Shown here: positions 54,405 through 64,000 of the stretch, one piece after another
How the letters are laid out: each line of letters starts with the position of its first letter
How positions within the stretch are numbered: position 1 is the stretch's first letter
Origin: Trichoplax adhaerens
Lineage: Eukaryota; Animalia; Placozoa
NCBI RefSeq assembly: GCF_000150275.1
Contig: NW_002060945.1
Span: forward strand, 4,637,397-4,701,396
Direction: 5' to 3'
DNA length: 64,000 bases
The notes under the pieces: generated by a model
Seen by the model: only the letters and a program-made list of their open reading frames with translations
Databases searched by the model: none
What the model was told of the DNA's origin: nothing
Translations under genes and position numbers: made by a program

Positions 54405-57400
54405 AATATATAGTTATACAATTTATAAAATTATCAACCGAAAATAGCACTTTTATATTAGTGTGCTCGTATGTGTATAAGTTTAATTTTGTGGTTTTGG
54501 TGAAATCTAATTATGACTTATCGTGTTTGTAATGTATATATATCCATACAACGCATACAAATGTTAGCATACTTGCACATGTGAGGAATTGGAAACATAC
54601 GAACTATTAAAACTACTACGTGATCTTATTCTCCGCATGTGATCAGTCTTATAAAATCAATTGATCATAAGTCATTGCAAACTGTATATAGATAATGAAA
54701 AGTTATTTTTCTCGATTTATTTATTCAGATATTGCTGTATAATTATTTGATTTATTGTTGCATTCTACTGAACCTTCTTTACAATGTATAATGTACATCC
54801 TACTTTGATTTATCGTATAATATATAAATATATATATATATATTTTATAAAGAAAACTCTTCTGTTATCGATGAGTTCATTACTAATGTAAGAAATAACC
54901 GTATCATCACAGGCATCATCCTCATTTAAATAACATACAATGATTAAAGTAAGTTAATCCTCTTAATTAAAGTAATCCTAAATGACCATGATGATAAGAT
55001 GAGAATTTATGACTCTCCTCAATTCTTGCTATCTCTTCCAATGCTTCGTATCGATCTTTTATCAATACAAAACTTCATTATCAGAACTGATTGCCAGTAG
55101 TATGATACCATTAATTATAGGAGTATTCGTATATATTATATTATTCGGTATGATTCCATGAACTTAATTAAATGACGATATCATCAACTGTATTACTGTG
55201 ATCACTATTATTAGTACAGTACAGTAGCATGTCCCTGCTTATGATACTTTTATTACGGTACTATTTTTTAATACTGGGTAAATGTAACACCTATACTCGT
55301 ATGTATTTGACAGACTGAACAAATTGATCTCCTTTGATAGAATAAAAATACCGAAACAATAACATAGCAGCCAATCGTAACTCGTAGATAGTATTAAATT
55401 TATAGTACTTGTACAGTTTATTTGTTAAGACAGGATTGCTCAATTGCAGATTAATTTCTGTATAAAGTTGAATTATTCAAATAATATTGCTAACATTATT
55501 TTAGTTCTCAAATATTACACTGAGTTCGGGATAATGATCATTGATTTCATTATAATCAAAGATCGAGTTATATCTATTCTCTTGATTACAGTGTCTTCAT
55601 CGAATAGTCTATACGAACAAACTGGGTAATCTTAAAAGATCTGAAAAAGGACTAACAGTGAAGATAAGTTTTGTTTACTAAAACGATATCAAACGGCTAT
55701 TGGACGATATACAGTACCAGTCGCATGAGAAGCAATAAACTTACGACGACTTAACCTATCGCTACCATATATGACATCATATAAATTGGCATCTTAAGAA
55801 AACGTCACAGGAAGGAACTGAAAAGGCATTCTTGATAAATGATATACGGGTATTCATCTAGTGGTATTAATTTTATAGCACTTGCAACGTTGAAGACGTT
55901 AGACATTACACTTTGAGACCGCCAGCAGACAAGCCGTAAATATAATGTACTATACTATTGCGTTTTGTTAAATTGCTTTACAAGGAGATTGACGTATATC
56001 ATTACAGATAAGTCTATAAAGTTTACATATTTCACTATGGTAAAAAGTAGCCATTTGTATTAAATGTTATTGTTGAGTTTCTCAATTTTAAAAAATTTTT
56101 TTACTGGGTATATTAACTTGTTTTCTAAAACGATCAATAATCTTATTGACATGAAAATTGCAATAAAACAAATCTGGAAACGCGTATATTCACAGTCAAC
56201 TCTATACACATAACTCAACAGCATAATAACAAAAGAACCAAATATTAGTTTCCTTTAGCTAATAATAAGTTATTTATCACGGTAACATAACGTACCTAGT
56301 GACGTAGGGCAAAAAATGCTTACATAAATGTAGTAGGTACACTATGTGTAACACATACAATAAAAGTACGATGCTATTTCTGCGCACAGTAGGCATAAGA
56401 TTATTGGACATTAATTTTTTCATCCTTTACTTTCTTGTATTAACTCCTTATCCGGTAGGAAACTGCACCAAAATTTTACTTCTATTCGAAAATGTGATTG
56501 ATTCTTCGATAGTAATCATATTAGCATTCTAATCCTTCCCAAGTGCTGACAACAATAATCTAAAATAGATGATAGTTCTCGGTATTAGAACACTATCAGT
56601 ATTATGGATATAGAAATACAGTATTATTACGAATTATGAATATAAAAATACGGTATTACAAATTTACTAACGTTATACGATTATGTCACCTATTACATAA
56701 TTATACAAAAATGCTGTATTACTATTGCAGTTAGTGTCTAGCAAAGGCTGTATTACTACATACCGAAGTAATGTACATATAACGAGTCTAATTTTATTCA
56801 AATTAAAAACGAGACAAGGAAAACAAATATTAGTAAATATTATCAGCACAGATATTTACATATAGAGTGTGGCAGAAATAACTTCTTGAAAGTAGGCACA
56901 ACAATTATTTAAGCTCAACAACGTAGACGGATAAAAGAAATTAAATGATCAAAATTTAATTTACTTACAAGTTTTAGCATTACTATCAATTGTTGGAGAT
57001 TTAAGGATACTAATAACATTAACAACACAATGATACTAAAGGCATAATTTTCCTTCATTGTTTAACACAGGCTGCTATTGTTACGACGAAAGCTATTTCG
57101 CAGTAGAGATAACGTAATCTGCTGAAACTCTTACATTTTTTTTTGTTCTGCTCTAAGATTTATAGTAACTTTGTAGTAACATGTAAACCCTAATCGACAG
57201 GACTATAGTCCGTATTTCATGTGTGTTAGCATATCGAATAAATATAACACTAATACAGGTAACGTTATTTGCAAATACACCGAAGCCCGAGAATTCTTGA
57301 AAAATTATGTGCGATAGATAGTTTACGTAATATCTGTATGAACTATTTCTTTAGACAATTATTGCTTAATTAAGGTCAAAATACTGTAATCCTTCAGGCA

Positions 57401-57608
57401 AAAAGTGATGTCACCCATAAAAAATTGCACTGTTTATTAATTCCAGGAAAAGTAATGACTGGACGCACTTTAAATCAATCAATTTTTATACATGTAATGT
57501 GATATTCAGTAAGTAGTTTAAAGATTCCGTGCTACAGTAATGTCATTGGGTGACGTGGTTAACGATACTACAGTACGTACCGCATTAAGGCACTTTTAAC
57601 CTTTCATA

Positions 57609-60600
57609 TTATTCATGCGTTGACGCCAATTTACTTGGCGCTACCGGCTTCTTACGTGGCAAATTATCCGGAGTTGGATGTGCTTTTCCAACAGGTACTT
57701 GACTTGGATTTGCTGTTTTTGACATATTATAATCGCCAGAATCAAAATATTTGACCTATAAGATGGCAAATTCAAGTAACACAAAGTTATAAAAAATCCT
57801 TGATTGATCTATATATGTATCGGTAGAATGACATATAGCGAAAAAGCTGCAGTATTTGACTATAATTAACATGAATACTTGCAATAAAAATTTCAGAATT
57901 GCTACCAACATCATTATCTCCAAATAAGTTCAAGTTAGAAGGCAATTTACCGAATACTAGTTACTCTTACAGTATCTTATGGATTTAGTACAGCTTATTA
58001 GCGTGGTAAGAATTCAATATTATCTAGTCATAACTGTACAAAAGTTGAAAGCGGATAACAAATATTGTATGTATTACGATATATTGTTTCGACCGAGCGC
58101 TAAGTCCATGCTTTAATTCCATAATTTTAAAATTTAGGGATTTGTTGGCGGTTCAGTGAGGAAAGGTAAGGTTTTCGTTAAATTAAAAAGTTAGTCTGAA
58201 TTGTTTTTCATTCAAAAGTTGACTTGTGGTGCCTTTAGGGTTAGGGATCGAGTTCGGGGGAAGGTGGGGGACGGTTAGGGTTTAGTTTTATCAAATAAAA
58301 TAATCCTTCGTTAGCGATTCCATCACGTTGCCAGCATAAAAACTCTGGTATGTTACGAAGGACCTTACTTGATAAATTACTACAAATATTACACTTTTAG
58401 TTTCTATCACGTACTACGCAGTACTCCAGAGTATACTAAGTATAGTATGTTATACAAGCAAACAGTGAAATATTGTATCTATACACAGTCGGTAATTCAT
58501 TAATCAAAAGCGTAAAATGAGGGCGAAAACTATAAATGGATACCACCACAAGCTACTGTAACTAAATCAATATTTTCTACCACAGTCTATCTATTTCAGA
58601 TAATAAAGACTTTCTAAAATTCTGTTATAGTAATCGAGGTGCTTGCTTATGGTGAACTGCAAGTAAGCTACCAGGAGCAGGAAAAGTAATACATTACAAG
58701 TAATTTAGCTCAAATTAATACAGTTGCTAAATATAATTGTAACCTAAAATAATCTACTTAATATAAATTATGTGAAAGTAAATAATGTAAATATATACAC
58801 TCGTAGAAGTTGTAGGTAAGTCGCAATCTTTTATAGCTTGCAGTACGATGTATGCAGACCAGCAGTGTTACATGTATTATACGTCGATACAGACAGAAAT
58901 ATACAGTACATGCAAATACACCGTATAGCATATAAATTATCAATGCCTACATATAATAAAATATAAAGTATTATTTATGTATAAGGCATAATAGATACTT
59001 GAAAAATAGGGCTAGTCATGATTAAAGATTCAGTTAAACTGTAAATACTTATCTACCGATGTTGTGAGTGCTACAAGACAAGCACCAAATTTGTTGGAAG
59101 GAGCTTACAATAATAGAGTTCAAACCATGACGAAGGTTATTGTATTGATTATCTACAGTGTAGATCTCCTTTATAGAAACATCTCCTTTCTTGTAAATGA
59201 TTTACATGTACTACCTACTAAAACTCTTATACTAAGTTCATGCTATAGTCTAATGTTATTCAAGATACAATCTTTTATACTGGCTGCTGGCATGCAAGAT
59301 AAAACGAATAGCTTGTAATTAGTGACAAATTACAGTAGCAACACACCGCTCATATAAACGTAGCATTAAGTAACTACTCCAGTTTTAAAGTGAAAATGTA
59401 GCACTAAGCGAAGATCGTCTTTTAATATTACCACTTGAAAAAAATTTCTTTATAAATTTTCTTACCTTTCTTTGTAATCTTTGTTGTAAGAAATCGGTTG
59501 TTTTTGGCTTCATATTACCAAATTTAGCCCTAACTTTGGCTTCTTGCTCGCTCTGCAATAAAATTAATTGTACAGAAAAATCAATCATAATAATAGCAAT
59601 CAGCAATTGTAAGAGCGTAACTAGACCAAGTATCGCATTCAAACGTACTTCTTAAGATGGTTCAATAGTGTGATATACAGTAGTAGATTATAGCAAAAGT
59701 GATATTTTAAATTACTAAATTAAATTATTTTAAAGTACAGTTCACTCAGCTGTATGATGAGATGTTGTATACGAGTATATACGTATGCTGATCAGACTGG
59801 TTTGAGTTCTTTTTATAATTATAATTATTAATCTGTCGAAGGTCTTAATATAACATTAGAAATTACTTTTAAATCAAGATTTTCATTCGTACTCATTCGT
59901 ATAAGCATACGAACAATCATTAACCGTATGTAAATCCACTGGATAGTACAGAGTGTATACAATAGCGTACAGCTACTAAACTTAAAAATTGATATCAAAA
60001 TTAAAAATCTTGTCTAGTGTAATACCGAACAGCGTGGAGGATTAGAGCACGCAAAGGATGATCCAATAAACTGTACATAGCTATTCTACAAACTACCGTC
60101 CATTGGACTATTGTATTACCAGATATAGCTTAATACCTGGATTCATTTTCATTACTTTACTTGCAATATGTCTAGGACTTGATGAAGCGAGACTACAGAC
60201 AGTATCTTTTGTGTTATGCATATAGTATTGGGCTTTTCATTCGTCATGCCATTTAGAGAAAAGCACGTTTCTAAAGTAATTGTTAGCATAGGATAATACT
60301 ACCCCGTGGGATAATTCCGTATTTTTATACTAGCCAAAAGCGAACTGTGACCACTATCATGTAACAAGAGGCTTCAAAAATGGCTGTACTGTATATCCTA
60401 TTACCAACTGTGAGGGAATTTATCTTCAATGATATGTGTCTTTGTCCTACAGAAAGTTAATTTGAAGTATTGCCAATTTAAATTACCAGTACATTTTGAT
60501 CCTTAATTAAAATAATAACAATAACATTATGCTGTAGTGAAATGTCTTAACTCGCAAGTGAGGTCTTGTAGAAGCTGTGGATCAATTTACCACAACACTA

Positions 60601-61152
60601 CATAATATAGCAGTCTAGTGTACATATATGCTCTACATATATGGTTTTCCTTCCCTGATGAAGACTACGATCTCTTGATCTGCCGGCGTTGGCGTATACC
60701 GGTAGATAATAACAGCGTTATTCTCGGTCTATCTTAAATGAAAGTCTTTGCAAATTTTACTCATTTTTCTAAGTGAGTGTAGAAACATCGAGTACCGATA
60801 CGATACAGATAGCTAATTTTTATAATCAAGTCTACAATAGTGGTACAATCGAGCCACATTCAAAAAATGAAAGTGGAAAGGGAATGTATATCCTATCTGC
60901 TGACGCAGATAGGAAGACTACGGACTTGACACTGTTATAAATTGAGAGTGGTAGTCCAAACTCTCAGCAATCAAGTTATTCAACATTCCTATCGATAGAA
61001 TTACAGTATGACTCGTCGATTGCTCAATATCATGCCATTTACTGCTGATCCAGTTAAAATAAAATAGAAGGGAGTAAGGAAATTATCCACATTATAAGTA
61101 AGATACTTACAATTTCCTCTTTGGGCAGCGTTTCTGAATCGCCGGATGACAT
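57609..61152 (-). CDS. ENSA: Alpha-endosulfine / ARPP19 family PP2A-B55 inhibitor, 91 aa (exons 61111-61152, 59466-59552, 57609-57755)
   Basis: MSSGDSETLPKEEI/SEQEAKVRAKFGNMKPKTTDFLQQRLQRK/VKYFDSGDYNMSK...HPTPDNLPRKKPVAPSKLASTHE*, with the invariant Greatwall site FDSGDY. It is likely the single pro-ortholog of vertebrate ENSA and ARPP19. Confidence 0.93.
58234..58285 (+). repeat. Telomere-like G-rich patch (three TTAGGG plus two G5 runs) in ENSA intron 2
   Basis: tttagggttagggatcgagttcgggggaaggtgggggacggttagggtttag. Confidence 0.7.
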
Positions 61153-61259
61153 TTTGAAAATTTGAGAAACGGTCAGTCTTCAGTATACTGAGCACTGAGT
61201 AAGATCTTGCAGGGTTTTGTATAGAAATACGATGGCAAATCGCAAGTCAATGCACAACA

Positions 61260-61920
61260 GCATGTACAGTACAATGGATCGTGCGCGGGATCTCTTGTGC
61301 TGCTCTGCAGTACTGTACACTGTAAAGTACTGTACTGTACGTACAGTACAGTATTTGCATGGACTTCTCTCAGTCAGTACAGTACAGTGTGAGCCAGTTC
61401 TCTTTACAGTGCTATTAGGCAAAATAAATTGTAGTAAAGTTGCAAAATTTGCCTAAAATTCTATACCTACAGATAGATGAAGTTATTCAGCTTTATATTC
61501 GTATAATTCTTTTTACATTTTGATTCACACTCGTGATTTTAGGGTACCTTAAAGTACTCTGATTCGCACTGGTTCACACTGTACTGTACAGTACCAGTAG
61601 ATAATATCAAGGACGCCTGAGAAGTCCGTGCGTCACCCTGTAGTACAGTACTTATAAACTTGAACTCTATAGTACCGGGGTATAGGACTGTACAGTACAG
61701 CATAGTAAACGTCTTCAAGCACAGTACTGTACTGTAGTCAATGGTCGGTCCAAAACTGGAGCACAGTACTGTACACTGTACACTGTACACTGTACAGAAT
61801 CTGCCTCCGCAGTCGTCATACGGTGAATCTGCGATGGTGGTCGATGAACTTGACTATACTGTACAACACAAAGTGCACAGTATACTAATTTAGAATGGAT
61901 AGAGATGCTGTATAGTACAG
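61260..61920. promoter_or_regulatory. TACAG/CTGTA arrays upstream of ENSA
   Basis: Arrays at 61262-61390, 61577-61595, 61640-61800 and 61855-61920, starting about 110 bp upstream of the ENSA ATG. Confidence 0.65.
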
Positions 61921-62884
61921 ATATCTGTAATTTCAAACTGGGCAAATCTTACGAGTCCCTGACACAACATACATTTTGACATTTTTAAAAGTCCTGGGAG
62001 ATAATAAGATTCATTTAAGCTTAATTTAGAAAAAATTAGTCAATTCAAAATCCAACGTCAGCGTAGTACAGTGGTTAGTTCATTCATTTACTACCATCAC
62101 GAACTGTCTGCACAGTGTGTTGACGAGATGAGGCCGAAAATAGCTGTCCGTCCAAGAGGGATCAGTCTGGGTTTTCTTCCAGTAGTCCATGTAGTGTAAC
62201 CTCGCTAATGTTATGAACAGGAAGTAAAATAACTTCGGGTGGGCCTCTGTAAATGATGCCAAAATTAATACAAGTTCATAGACTTGCATGCTAGTGCAGT
62301 ACAGTACAATAGTCACTTTTGCAAACGTGCAGTGCGCTGATGACGCCTTAATACTGTATGATTTAATGCCTGCCCAAAAGTACGAGTACAGTAAATAGCA
62401 ATGCGTGTCAAATTTATCTTTACAGATTACAACATTCCACTCTTTTAAAGTATAACCGTCATATGGTCATATTAAAGCCTTCTATAACCAAGTATCTAAA
62501 AACAATGATGTGACAGATTATTTTTATTTACTAACTGTACCAGTAAGAGAAAAATTGGTGAATTACTTAATGTAATTTACAGTTAATATATAAGATTAGA
62601 AATATATGAGCAAACAAACAACAATTTCAACCATATCAACGATCAGTAATCAGTCAATGCAATTCTATTAAATTAACCGAAAAGAAGACAAGTAAATCAG
62701 TTGATTCGGTCGTAGATGCCCGTATAATGACAATATATGATTTCATAGTACGTACCGATACTGAAAGGTGACATAACATTGTAGAGTTACATCCATATTG
62801 TGTTTAATTAAACCGAGCTAAGGGTCTCTAAAAAGCATAACTCAAAAAATAGTATCATCTAAATATTTCCTTAAACTGATTCTT

Positions 62885-63825
<941 letters not shown>

Positions 63826-64000
63826 TTACTTATTACCTTTTGTAAATTTTATCACATGTAATATGTTCTCGTAACGCATTACAGAGCTACTATATAGCAC
63901 TGTAGTAAAGCATCCCAGGTTTAACAAAATTTTATGTTATCAAGTTACGATTACTGTATTTTCAGTACCATTAATTATAGATATAATTTTCTACATAGAG

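Noticed and set aside
62125-62145. GATGAGGCCGAAA resembling a hammerhead ribozyme core
   Set aside because: It lacks CUGANGA and a closing stem II or stem III.

Overview
AT-rich eukaryotic (animal) genomic DNA. Genes are compact and intron-rich, with most introns about 70-150 nt. The style is most consistent with a placozoan such as Trichoplax, but that is an inference. I reconstructed 11 spliced or intronless protein-coding genes by hand: CTC1 (-, 3' end outside the window), NPHP1 (+), an MCL1-like Bcl-2 family gene (+), an intronless ZIP1/2/3-type zinc transporter with an apparent 1-nt frameshift before its last TM helix (+), a 69-aa C18orf32/UPF0729 homolog (-, missed by the ORF track), a thioredoxin-fold protein lacking CxxC (+), CFAP161 (-), PMVK (-), IQCH (+), ENSA/ARPP19 (-) and GFUS/TSTA3 (-, 5' end outside the window). 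Main observations: (1) palindromic arrays of the pentamer TACAG/CTGTA lie upstream of every gene whose 5' end is in the window, which suggests a lineage-specific promoter-marking system, and one array led me to the hidden C18orf32 gene; (2) a U12-type (minor spliceosome) intron in GFUS; (3) RFX X-boxes upstream of CFAP161 and IQCH; (4) linkage of MCL1-like, ENSA/ARPP19, PMVK, SLC39A1-like, IQCH and CFAP161, which matches the human 1q21/15q paralogous regions; (5) a telomere-like G-rich insert in an ENSA intron. I recognised no tRNA, rRNA, CRISPR array or autonomous mobile element.
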